Assembly: GCF_009914755.1 (NCBI RefSeq)
Contig: NC_060938.1
From: the human T2T-CHM13v2.0 reference genome, Homo sapiens
Strand: one strand, 5' to 3'
DNA length: 64,000 bases
Shown piece by piece: positions 14,822 to 27,736 of this stretch. Position 1 is the stretch's first letter; each line of letters starts with the position of its first letter. A program made the translations under genes and the position numbers. The notes under the pieces were generated by a model that did no database searches, was not told where the DNA came from, and worked only from the letters and a program-made list of their open reading frames with translations.

Positions 14822-14953
14822 ATATATATTCTATATGATATATTATACATATTATATATTATAGTATAATATATAATATGCATATATTATTATGTGTATA
14901 TATAATTATACTATAATATATAATATGTATAATATATCACATAGAATATATAT
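14822..14953. repeat. AT-rich inverted repeat (49-bp arms, 34-bp spacer)
   Basis: 14822-14870 is the reverse complement of 14905-14953 with a single mismatch (14940). Confidence 0.9.
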
Positions 14954-16457
14954 GTATATGGAGAGAGATACACATATGTTTCTTATTATAAGGACAGCTG
15001 ATTTGGGACATACCTCTGAAATATTTCAATTCCACTCATTTTGAAACTTAACAAGGGATTGTGGTTAATCATAAATAAATGGATTTTAAAGAAGTACATT
15101 TTTTCACCTTTACTGGAAACTGAATTTTTAGTTATGTTTGAAAGAATTAAGCTTAACACTTTCCAAGGGCTGGACGTAACTGTCAGATAAAGAGAAATTA
15201 GAACTACGTGATGAATCTACTGAAAGATAGACCAGAACCTTTCTCATTCAGTCATGCTCTAGTTGTTAAACTAAACCCTGTTTTTTGATTTGGGCTCCAA
15301 ATTCATTTCTTTTATTATTTAAGTGAAACCTTATGACATTCAAAAGCAACTTGGAGTTCATCTGCAAACCAAAGCCATGAGAAGAGAAAAAAGTGGGCTG
15401 TCACTTTCCTGACTGTGGCTGATTTAGGGGTCTAAGTGCTAGTGCTTCTATTTTTCTTCCTTTATTTCAATTTCCTGGCTAGAAACTGGCATTTTCCACT
15501 TACTTCACCCTTTCTGATATTGGCACATACCATACACAAAAGAGTGGCCACAATTTTAAGTCATCAATCTTCATGTAATACTTAATCTTTAAGGGTAAGG
15601 ATAATGTATTTAAAATTTGCTGGTGAAAAAAATGACACAAAATGATATCTTTTACTTTTGAGATCTAGAAAAGCTTTAGGATAATTGTACAAATTTCACA
15701 AATATATTTTTTACTTCAAAAAAATACAAAAAATTGCAACCTCGTCCTCAGTTTCCCTCTCTCTTTCTCCTTTTCTTCCTTTTTAGGGTCCCACCATCAA
15801 ACTCCTTCTTACCTCTTAGTCTTTTATGTGTGAAATGCAAAATATGAGGACCAATATGAATAATGGTCCCCCTAATTTCCCAGGGAAAAGTAATCTATGC
15901 TACATTTATTTGACGGCTGGATGGATGTCTCTCTATATGAGAAAATATTACATGTCATAAATTCTAAAAGCTAAAGTGATTCTTACTTCTTTCCTATCCT
16001 GAACAATCAGCTTAAGCCACTTATAGATGGGTCTTAATCTCCTCAACTGAGATATGTTGAGGTTTTTCCTTTGTTGATCACAAAGAGGATCTTAGATCCC
16101 AAAGGATCTTAGATAATATCCATCTATGTACTACAGAAATTCTCTATTTTCAAGATCTATATAGAATGGGATGTGGTGTTTCTAGCCCCTGGTTTACAAG
16201 CTCTCCCCACCTTCTTCTTTCAATACAAATTTTACAAATAACAACATCTATCATTTTTAAATTGATTTTGGTGCTTTTGATTTCATTCTCCTACAATATT
16301 AGTGACCTGAACAATGTTTCCTTATGTTTTAATGGACATTTGAATTTCTTTTTTGGGTGTGTGTAAAACGTTTGTATTTTGGATGGTCTATTTATGCTAA
16401 TGATAACAATCCCTTTTCATGCTTGTGGCAAAGATTTTCCACTTATTGAAAGCCTAC

Positions 16458-16770
16458 TGTTAATTGCTAATTTTATCTATCAATTTGGCGCTGGTACTCA
16501 GTTGTCTGGTCAAACACCAGTCCAGATGTGACTGTGAGATATTTTTTAGATGTGATTAACATTTAGATCGGTAGATTTTGAGTAAAGCGGATTACCTTAC
16601 ATAATTGGCCTCATCTATTCACTTGAAAACCTTAAGAGAAAAGACTTAGGAGTTCCGGAAGATGGGATTTCTGCCTCCAGACTGTCTTCAGACTCAAGAC
16701 TGTAACATCAACACTTGCTGAAATTTTTAGCCTGCCCTACAGATTTAGAACTTCACAGCCCCAGAAATTT
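16458..16770 (+). mobile_element. MLT2 (ERVL) LTR, MLT2D-like, 3'-truncated
   Basis: tggtcaaacaccagtccagatgt..gatgtgattaacattta..ttgagtaaagcggattacc..ttctgcctccagactgtcttcagactcaagactg. Confidence 0.8.
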
Positions 16771-17119
16771 GATATTTGCAGATGGAAAAATAAAGGTTAG
16801 AGATAGGAAGTTAACGAGGCACCAATCATAGACTAGGGAGAGACAGGGGTTCTGTGTCCAGCAGAATCTGTGCCTTTTTTGATTCCAAAGACTGTGTTCT
16901 TTCTATTGTGTTGCTCTGCTTACCTTATTTTAGACATTGGACGCCATAGAAGTAACTCTTTTTTTTTTTTTTTTTAAACTAAGAAAAAATAAGTATTTTG
17001 CAGGTTAGGTTTTTTCCCTTAGTAAATAACAAATGTTTCATGTTTGTGGGTTTTGTTTGCTTGCCTTTCCTGTTTGTTTTCTGAATTAAAAATAGAATTT
17101 GTATCAAAAAGAACAATTA

Positions 17120-17412
<293 letters not shown>

Positions 17413-18552
17413 ATTATGAGTAGCTTCTATACCTAATTATTTATTTTATACACCATATGCTTTTTAAGGGAGCCAGAAAATCACACAAAATGTGTCCAAA
17501 AAATTCAGTGATGGAAATTTTCCCAAAGATATGGACAGAGTGAGGGAGATTAATAGGAAATGGCGAAACAATTCATTTGCTAACAAAAATAAGAAACTCC
17601 CTGGTTCTAAAGAAAGGTGCCATCGGAGTTGTCGGAGGAAACACAAAGTGATCTGCAGCCGCAGGAAATGGCTGTGGATAGGAGCTGCAATGTGAAAAAG
17701 AGGAGGGCACCTGGTCTTATATGGAGGGAGGCAGGGGCATAAGTACCCCAAATTTTCACTCTTTACACTCTCAGCATACAGATTTCTCCCACTAAGTAGA
17801 AGCGAATGGTCTAAAAAACCCAACCAGTCCACTCCATCAATTGGCCTGCTCTCCAGCATGCAAACAGTAATGAGTAGTATGACTTCTATTTTGAGGGCAA
17901 ATAGAGACCGCTTAGCACATCGCACACAAAAGAGTTTATTCACTAAAAGGAAAACAAAACGTGACTAGTTTTTGCTCTACTCCCTTAGAATTTTATTAGT
18001 GTGATATACAAAGAATGGCTGAAACTTCCAAAGTGTATTACAAAAGTAAATAATTCAGGTAATTCCCAGAATATGTCATGAATGCCTTAAGAAAAACAGA
18101 TAAATAATGATCAAACTGTAAATGGTTTCCTTTTGATAAATCACTGTTTCTGTTCTCAATAATTTTAGGAGTCTTTCCAATCCTACTGGCCTTAGCTTAC
18201 GGTAGTTTCAGCCTCACAGGTAACTTCCGTTTTGTACAGCGTGACAGTATTGAAACGAGCAAAGCCGTGTCTTCTACAGACCCATCAACTGTTGTTTCCA
18301 TTTCTATTTCACCTGCCCAGTCATCCCACTCACATGGCCTTTGTCCTGTGTGCAGTTGCTTGTTTTCTATATCAAAGCTAGTTATAAGGAAATGAAATGA
18401 CACATCCAGTTGTTCCCAGGAGTATAGATAACTATAATCATACCAATGTGTTCTGAATAGGTGACAAATGTCTGATGGGTGCTCCAGACATGGGTGCTCC
18501 CCAAATGTCTGATGGGGGTATGAGAGATGACACAAGAGCTCTAGCTTACTGA

Positions 18553-18913
<361 letters not shown>

Positions 18914-20958
18914 AGAACTTTTTGTTTGTTTTTCAGCCATGCTTATCAGAGCATATTTTTTCACAAAGCTAAGGATTTACAAAGCATGTTTGCATGTTCG
19001 TTAATTCCATTGCACTTTAGGACTACCATGAGGAAGAATTGGCGGATAGCTTCTTTCTTTTTACATACATGGAAACTCACATCTTAGAGAGGAGAAATCA
19101 GATTGGGGTCACACAGCTAGTAGGTAATAGAACTGGTGGTTTCCACAATTTACTTAATTTGGAAACGTTATTAAATACTGCTTAATGTTTAAAAGATTCT
19201 TACTTTCCAGTGAGTGCTATGAGTCAGTTATCTATAATTATACTATAGAACTCTGTAGAGTAAACAAAACATGGTTTGAAATACTGTCTTCATATCAGAA
19301 TCACCTACAAATCTTTAGTAGATTAAGACTCTTTGAGAGTCGCACTAAGACCCTTCCCATGTACAGTCCAGAATTTTAAGTCAGTTAACTAAATAAGAGT
19401 TCATAGCAACATTTTATTGTATGGTCATACCATAATTCATTTTCCTTCCTGAAAAAAATATAAATAACACTATTGGAAGTGGGAGATATGGAGTAGGAGG
19501 AAAAGATTGGCAATCTAATTGAAATAGCAAGAATAAAATCTATCTTGAATTGGAGAAGCATATTTATACTTCCACTAAAATTTATCAAGCATTTTGAGAA
19601 TGAATGATGACAGCAGTATTAACAGTTGACATATAAATAATATGCTGTAAGAATTTAGCTTGAAAAATTATTTTATGAGTTTTCTTGCATTCAAGGTTTC
19701 TGACATTTACAGTAAATCTTGGGATACATTTCTCATTCTTTATTTTCCTGTTTTCATTGTTAAACATCATGGATATTTGAGCCACTACATTATGATTCAC
19801 AGTAATTCCTGTTAGATTTCTTCATTGCAAAGCTGAATAAAACAAGTATTTCTTTTGAATTCTTTTAAATAAGTGAAATAGCTATACTTTGTTGTTATCA
19901 AGGCTTAATTTTGGGTGGCAATGCATAAAAATTTCATATTTCAAACCATAAATTACTTAAAATTTTCTGTGTGTGTATCTAGAAATACCTTCCTTCTGTA
20001 TATCAAGAAAAAGAAAGTTCACTATGGTAAAATTTATTTGCAGACATTAAATCATGATTTCTTTGGACACATTTATCTATATACCAATTAGAGAGGTAAT
20101 GATTCACACACTGAGTGCTTAGTAAATCTGAGTTATCAACTGGGGATGTGAATATTCTACTATGCCTTTCTTGTTCTATTACTCTAAATTTCTCAAAAGA
20201 ATTCTTATAAATTCTCTGAATTTATAAAGATCTCTAAGTTTAGTGAATACCTTAACTGCTTATGATTTAACTTAACTCTGTCAATGATAAAGAAGTATTT
20301 AATATATGAAGGACATAATTTCCCAATCTCTTAGTAAATTAACTCTTTCTGTGAAATTACTATGCACTTATTTATCAGATATTTATGAAATGACCATTAA
20401 GTGTGAATCACTGCATGTGTGTCCCTATGACTGTTATATAGATAAGGAATTCAGTATAAGTATTAGATCTTGCACAATTGTGAAAGGATCTCCAGAAGTG
20501 ATAGTTTAAAAGGGGAAATGGAAGATCGGAGGAGTCACTAACAAGCCAAGCAGAGAAGCTAAGCTCTTCTAGCTTTCAGAGTGGAAGAGGGAAATTGCAT
20601 GTGGCAGTCTATGGGAAGCTGTTGACTTTTTGTAGCTATCACTTCTGTTGATTCACAGTCAAGTTCCTGGTGGTGCTCTAGGGTTCGCTGTGGTGAACTG
20701 GGCTACGAGTTGGTCAGAAGAGTAGAAGAGGAGCAAAGGACAGTAATGACAGGAAGGAACTTATTAGAGACCTCTGCGTTTATTCGTCACCACATCTGAG
20801 TCTTACAGTGTTCACAGAGTAATGGTAGTTGTTTTTACTCTGCCTTCCAAATATGCCATAACTTCCACTTTTGACTAATTCTAACCACCTATTACATAGA
20901 ACCATTTAAAAACCACCTCCATAATAATTATTTTACTTGTGAGACCAAAAAGAAAGTA

Positions 20959-21178
20959 AGCCAGGACAACATAATGAGACTTCATCTCTACATCTCTATT
21001 TCTACAAACAGAAAATTAGTTGAGCATGGTGGCACACACCTGCTCTAGCTACTTGGGAGGCTGAGCCTGGAGTATCACTTGAGACCAAGAGTTCAAGACT
21101 ACAGTGAGCTACGACCACACCTCTGTACCCCAAATGTGGGTTAGAGATTGAAACCACGTCTCCAAAACTGAAAAGAAA
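20959..21178 (+). mobile_element. 5'-truncated AluJ
   Basis: aaaattagttgagcatggtggcacacacctg..gctacttgggaggctgag..cacttgag..gagttcaagactacagtgagct. Confidence 0.85.
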
Positions 21179-21224
21179 TTATGTTTTAAACAATTTATTA
21201 TTTTTTCTGTTACTCATACCATAT

Positions 21225-21695
21225 ATCAGATCAGATTCCCCGGAAGTAACTTCTAAGAGCTAGATTTATTTGAGATTGATTTAATAAGAAGTGTTCATAG
21301 GAAACTCTGGTAGAAAAGTAGGAAAATGGAACCACAAAGGAAAGGAGGTCAAGAAGAGATGTGATATCACACAAAGTTCCATAGTGGGCAACTTTGGGTC
21401 TGTGCTAAAGGGGAGCTGTAGAGGAAGTATAGGTCCTATCTCCAAGTGGTCCTGATTAGGGCAAAGGAACTGGAATACTAATGTTCTTGCCTCTGTCTGA
21501 TACTTATTAAGAGATGCACGTGGAAGAAATGTACATATACAAGCTTTTCCATATTCACAGAATTTCAGGAAAAGTACACTCTGGAAGTTTGTTGGCAGTC
21601 CTCGAACAAAGGGAGACATAGCCATGGCTATTGGTACTGAAAGCATAGTGGCCAAGGGATCCACAGGGAAGTGGCAAGAGCATCTTTCCACAAGT
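21225..21695 (-). mobile_element. Ancient ERVL LTR (LTR16/LTR33-like)
   Basis: cagattccccggaagtaacttctaaga..gatttatttgagattgatttaataagaagtgttc resembles the reverse 3' end of LTR16. Confidence 0.5.
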
Positions 21696-22950
21696 GACCC
21701 TAATCCTAGGTAATACTCTTGCTGCTGTAATAAGTAATATTTTTTAAAAGTATACCCACATAAGAACAAAGAAAGGGAAACCAAAAGGTAAAAAGTTGGT
21801 GGTGTTTTGTTCTTTTTAAATTTAAAAACATGTAACATTTTTCTGATTTTCAGAATTTTATTGAATATGCCCATAAAAATAAAAAAAAAAGAGAGAAAAC
21901 TAAAGAATGGTGATTGTGGTGAGGTGGTTAAAGCTTTTCTGCAGATGTGTTAAGTAGAATTCAGGAGTCCAAGTGAGGAAATACATGCCCTATTTTATCA
22001 GTTACACAATAGTCCAGTTTCTCTGTATACTATTAGAGCTTAAATTATGACAACAGAACAGTGGCTATTAATGGGTTTTTTAGGACCTGAAAATACACAC
22101 CATTTCCCATAATTCAATTTGCTATATGAATTATTTGATCAGTTATCACAGGCCTCTAAGAGAAAATGAAAAAGAAATTTAAATGGGATCCTTGACAGTT
22201 CCATTCACCATTGGTTGATAGCAAGGTTATCTTTTTTATTGACCATGTTTATTTTAGGAGATGACATTCTGTTAATACAGGACACTGTATCAAACAACAG
22301 AAAAAAATCTAAACATACTAATCACATGAAATGTGAAAGTGAAATAAGATACTCTTATGAAGCATATTTTATCTTCTTACGGACTGATTTTGTGATTGGT
22401 ACTTTTCATGCAAGTAATTTATTATGTCAAAACTCAAAAGAAAATTGCTAAAATTCTGTAACACAATAAAAAAATTCTACAGTATGATGGGCCATGGTTT
22501 TAATGGCCATATAGATAATCTATGTTATAAAGATAAATTGCTATATTCTGTGTGCTCTTTTGGAAGTGAGTCTGCCCCAGAAGAGGAAAAATATATTCCT
22601 ATAGACTATAGATGAATTATATCATTCCATTACAAAGGTGTCATTGATAAATGTTTTAAATATAGGTATATATGGGAAAACATTTACCAAAGATAACAGT
22701 TTGCTCATCAACAAGACGACATTTATGATGTTAGGTTTATCTACAGAAAATGTAGTTGTATGACTCTCTATGAAAGCTGACTTATGTTCATGTATGTGAG
22801 GATAAATATCTGCAATTTACTTATATCTTAAAAAATGTTAAGTATGCTATAGGTATCAAATATTATATTGTTTCCTTTTTTGGCAGGCACTTATAACCTT
22901 TATTTATTTAATGCATAAGAAAAGTATATTTCTCTTATCCTCTCAATGAA

Positions 22951-24170
22951 TTCTTTTCTTTTTTTATTTTTCCATAAGTTATTGGGGACAGGTGGTATTT
23001 GGTTACATGAGTACATTCTTTAGTGGTGATTTGTGAGATTTTGGTGTATTCATCACCCGACCAGTATACATTGCACCATATTTGTAGTCTGTTATCTCTC
23101 CCTCCCCTCCTACTCTTCTCCCCAGTTACCCAAAGTTCATTGTATCATTCTTATGCCCTTGCATCCTCATAGCTTAGCTCCTGCATATGAGTGAGAATAT
23201 ACAATGTTTGGCTTTCCATTCCTGAATTACTTCACTTAAAATAATAGTCTCCAATCTCATCCAGGTTGCTGGAAATGCTGTTAATTCATTCCTTTCTATG
23301 GCTGAGTAATATTCCATCATATATATATACATATATATATCACAGTTTCTTTATCCACTCGTTGATTGATGGGCCCTTGGGTTGGTTCCACGATTTTGCA
23401 ATTGTGAATTGTGCTACCATAAACATGCATGTGCAAGTATCTTTTTCAAATAATGACTTCTTTTCCTCTGGATAGATACCCAGTAGTGGGACTGCTGAAT
23501 CAAATGGTAGTTCTACTTTTAGTTCTTTAAGGAATCTCCACACTGTTTTCCACAGTGGCTGTACTAGTTTACATTCCCACCAGCAGTGTAGAAGTGTTCC
23601 CTGATCACCACATCCACACCAAAATCTACCGTTTTTTATATTTTGATCATGGCCATTCTTGCAGGAATAGGGTGGTATGGCATTGCGGTTTTGATTTGCA
23701 TTTCCCTGATCATTAGTGATGTTGAGCATTTTTTCATATGGTTGTTGGCCACTTGTGTATCTTCTTTTGAGAATTGTCTATTCATGCCCTTAGCCCACTT
23801 TTTGATGGGATTGTTTGTTTTTTTTCTTACTAATTTGCTTGAGTATGTTGTAGATTCTGGATATTAGTCCTTTGTCAGATGTATAAATTGTGAAGATTTT
23901 CTCCCACTCTGTGGGTTGTCTGTTTACTCTGCTGACTGTTCCTTTTGCTGTGCAAACACTTTCTAGTTTAATTAAGTCCCAGCTATTTATCTTTGTTTTT
24001 ATTGCATTTGCTTTTGAGTTATTTGTTATGAAATCCTCGCCTAAACTGATGTCTAGGAGGGTTTTTACAATGTTACTTATAGAATTTGTATAGTTCCAGG
24101 TCTTAGATTTCAGTCCTTAATCCATCTTGAGCTGATTTTTGTACAAGGTGAGAGATGAGGATCCAGTTCA
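22951..24170 (-). mobile_element. L1PB (PB1-like) 3' end: ORF2 C-terminus, 3' UTR and poly-A; non-inverted segment
   Basis: T-tail + ccataagttattgggg..tttggttacatgagt..tttagtggtgatttgtgagattttggtg; ORF 23340-23729 contains L1 ORF2 C-terminal motifs ([28 protein letters not shown]). Confidence 0.95.
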
Positions 24171-24769
24171 ACCCCTCTTACAATAGCTGCAAAAAAACAA
24201 AAACAAAAACAAACAAACAAACAAACAAAACCCTTAGGAATATATCTAACCAAGGAGTTGAAAGACCTCTACAGGGAAAAGTATAAAACACTGCTGAAAG
24301 AAAACATAGACTACACAAACAAATGGAAACACATTCTGTGCTCATGGATGGGTAGATTGAACATGGTGAAAATGACCATACTGACAAAAGCAATCTACAA
24401 ATTCAGTGCAATCTCCATCAAATTACCACCATCATTCTTAACAGAATTAGAAAAAAACAATTCTAAAATTCATATGGAACTAAAAAAGAGCCCGCATAGC
24501 CAAAGCAGGACTAAGGAAAAAGAATAAATCTGGAGTCATCACACTACCTGATTTCAAGCTATACTATAAGGCCATAGTCACCAAAAGAGCATGGTACTGG
24601 TATTAAAATAGGCACATAATCCAATGGAACAGAAGAGAGAACCTGGAGATAAATCCAAATACTTATAGCCAACTGATCTTCAACAAAGCAAACAAAAATA
24701 TGAAGTGGGGAAAGCACACCTTTTTCAACAAATGGTGCTGGGATAATGGCTAGCCACATGTAGGAGAAT
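24168..24769 (+). mobile_element. Inverted 5' segment of the same L1PB (ORF2)
   Basis: ORF 24258-24527 ([35 protein letters not shown]) is L1 ORF2. It ends at gccacatgtaggagaat, which in L1 directly precedes the gaactggatcc where the minus segment begins. Confidence 0.93.
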
Positions 24770-24862
24770 ACTGTTTCCTTTTAGTGGTACGTATTTTAAG
24801 AAGTTTCCACTAAGTTAGATAAGCGTAATTTGCCCCAAAGCAGTTAATTGCTTCTGTTTGGA

Positions 24863-25224
24863 TTTTGGTTTTGTTTTGTTTTGTTTTGTTTTTGTGACAG
24901 GGTCTCCTCCGTCACTCAGGTTGGAGTGCAATGGCGCAATCACGGCTCATGGCAATCTCAAACTCTGGGGCATAAGCAAGCCTCCATCCTCAGCCTTCTG
25001 GGTAGCTGAGACCACAACCATGTGCTACCACACATGGCTAATTTGGTTGGTTGATTGTTTATTTTTTTATTATTTTATTTTATTTTATTTTATTTTATTT
25101 TATTGGTAGAGACAGTGTCTCACTATGTTGCAAAGGATGGTTTGAACTCCTGAGCTCCAGCGATTTTCCTGTCTTGACCTCCCAAAGTGCTGAGATTACA
25201 GGCATAAGCCACCATGCCAGGGCT
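24863..25224 (-). mobile_element. AluJ with (GTTTT)n tail and (TTTTA)n-expanded central linker
   Basis: gacagggtctc..ggagtgcaatggcgcaatcacggctca..tcccaaagtgctgagattacaggcataagccacc. Confidence 0.92.
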
Positions 25225-25669
25225 AATTGGGATTTTAAAAATAAGATTTAAATTTGTAAAAAACAAGTCACATTTCCAAAATTTCTAAAGATGTATCAAC
25301 ATAAACTAGGAAGGTTAATGGTAAAACTATGATTGTATATCAAAAGTTTTTGTGTAAAAAAGGTCAAATATTTGGATTTTGTAAAATTTAGTTTTTGTTA
25401 TTCCTTGAAAGGGGATAAGATATACTGTTTTCAGAATGTTGCTTTACATATACTATTTAATTTAATTTTCATTGGAACCTTGCTATTTACTCATTGCAGC
25501 TATTAAAACTAGGATACATTATTTCAAGTTATATTTTCCTGTTGTTGGTGGCAGGGTCTGAAATTACTTGAATCATCCACATTTGGGATTTTGTAAATTA
25601 AAAAACAAACAAACAATGTTTTCCTTGGTAGTTTATTAATCTAACCCTCCTTCCGTCTCTTTGTTCCTT

Positions 25670-26350
25670 CCTTCATGGAGTGTCTGTTGAATGCCTATGG
25701 TGTGCCAGGCATTATTCTAGGAAATGGTAAAAACAAAACAACAACAACAACAAAACGATAACAACAACAACTAAAATAGATATACCTGCTTTCACACAAA
25801 AAAATCAGCCTGATGGAGTACATAAATGGTAATTTTTAAAAATCACAAAACCTATTTTTACGAACTGCAATATGTACCTGGTGTGTCAAATAAGCACATA
25901 ACAAAAAGATATGCCCCACCCTGTGAAGCCATGGAAAACACACCCACAGAAGCATGCTGAAATATCCCTGATTTGACAGGGTGGACTAGGGGATTGGTGT
26001 GTGGGGGGGCATGCTGGCAAGGCAGGCAGGTGAACTAGAATGTGCAGAGCCCTTGAGGTAGCCACAGAAAGACACATTTGAAAAACTGCCTGTCCTTGTG
26101 GATATCACAAAGGAATGGGTGACGGGTAACAAGGCCAAGGTAGGCCAGCAAAGACTGACTAAGGGAAGGACTTGCCACAGGCTATCCTAAGGATTTTCGC
26201 CTTCATGCTAAGAAAAATGCGGCAGTTTAGGTGGATCATGCTGGAGGAAAGAGTTTGATTTTGAAATTGTTGCATTTCAAATGCCTTTGAGATACCAAAC
26301 TGTAAATATGGACTAGTCAGATATATTGTCCTGAAGATCAGAACAGATCA
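25670..26350 (-). mobile_element. L2 3' fragments, with (AAC)n at ~25735-25770
   Basis: tgttgaatgcctatggtgtgccaggcattattctagg is the typical L2 3' end. Confidence 0.65.
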
Positions 26351-27736
26351 GAACTTGTTAGTTGGATATATTGTTCTGGAGATTTGTATTAACTCTGTGT
26401 GATTTATTTTAACTGTGAGTGTTCTGTTCCATCCACACTTATTCCATAAATAGGCATGAGATAGAACAAGTACACTTACACAGAGTTCATATCAGTCTAT
26501 GTTATCAGTCAACATATATAATGTCTAAACTTCAAATTATTTTCATGAGTATACCTGTTGTGTGCTAAGAGACATAATTAGGAAGCTTTCAGGGAAAAAA
26601 AGCGGTTTTCTCAATAGAATCTTCTCATCTGACAGATGAATCCATAATTTTATATAGTTTTTAATGTTTGATATTTCTGAGCAATGATCACAGAGTTTAA
26701 TGGGTTTTTATGTAATACATTTCTAATAGGTCATAGTTTTATACTTCATAAAAAGTTTTGTTTGGCATTGAAAAATAATATTTGGAAACAGATTGACAGC
26801 ACTAGACCAGCTTATATGGGAATAATTTAAAATTTATAAGCTTATTTAACTATAATAAAATTGTTATTTAATATGCAAATATATATTAGATACCTATATC
26901 TACCTATCCTATCTCTAAAACTTCACATATGAGAATATATATTCACTCAAATATCTGCTTTGGAAAATATATTTTTTAAAAAAAACACTTAGTTTCTTAC
27001 ACAGAGAGATAGGTATGAGTATCCAGAACTGTCAAAAAGTGTGCTTTCATTTGCTAAGTATTAACCAGCAATGTTAAATTAATTATAACTGATTTATCCT
27101 AAGTAAATTCAGTCATATTGTACATTTAGTAAAAAATATTGACAAAAACCTTCTTTTCTAGAATATGATAGATCATAGTGGGCTAATAATTACGTCTCAT
27201 CTATTAGAAAAAGCTGGACCAATTTTTAAAAAATATATAGAGATATCAGAAATCTCTGAGCTAGCTATAGAAAGTATAAAACCAATACAAGGTTAGCTGA
27301 AAATCACTGACAATTTTCCCATTTAGGAGGCATTTTAGGTGTGAGTGGGGAGCTGCTTCCTAAAATTGTTACTTCTGTGATACCTTCATGTTTTTTTTTA
27401 CTTTTCGAGTTACCTAGGTAACAGTTTTATATCTAGTTAAAAAAACCTCTTTATATCAATTTATTTCTGTTAAAAAAACTAGTGTGATCTATATTTTCTA
27501 GCTGGAGTTTGACTAACAGGTGGAATTTAACATGTATTTAAAACGAGGAATATCCAAACAAGGATCTCTGAGAAAAAAATATGAAATGAGAAATAATAGA
27601 ATAAAGAAAAGAATGAAATAGAATTCTTGTAGATTTCTTCAGTTGTGCATATCCCCTACTGAGAACATGATACTGCTCTAAAATTAATCATGCTGAATAA
27701 TTATTCTATAATTGCAGATTAATTTTCTTTGGTAAA

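Noticed and set aside
16086-16114. 12-bp direct repeat AGGATCTTAGAT (similar: 41847-41863, 55442-55466)
   Set aside because: Ordinary slippage-scale micro-duplications expected in 64 kb.
17464-17943. 159-aa minus-strand ORF in unique sequence
   Set aside because: Non-ATG start, no recognisable homology, and composition of a random antisense frame.
21281-21874. Longest ORF in the track (197 aa, minus strand)
   Set aside because: Runs largely through an old LTR-like repeat and A/T tracts. Its Leu/Phe-rich composition is typical of antisense noncoding frames, and no domain is recognisable.
23340-24527. ORFs with L1 ORF2 motifs
   Set aside because: Frameshifted remnants of a truncated, inverted L1, not genes.
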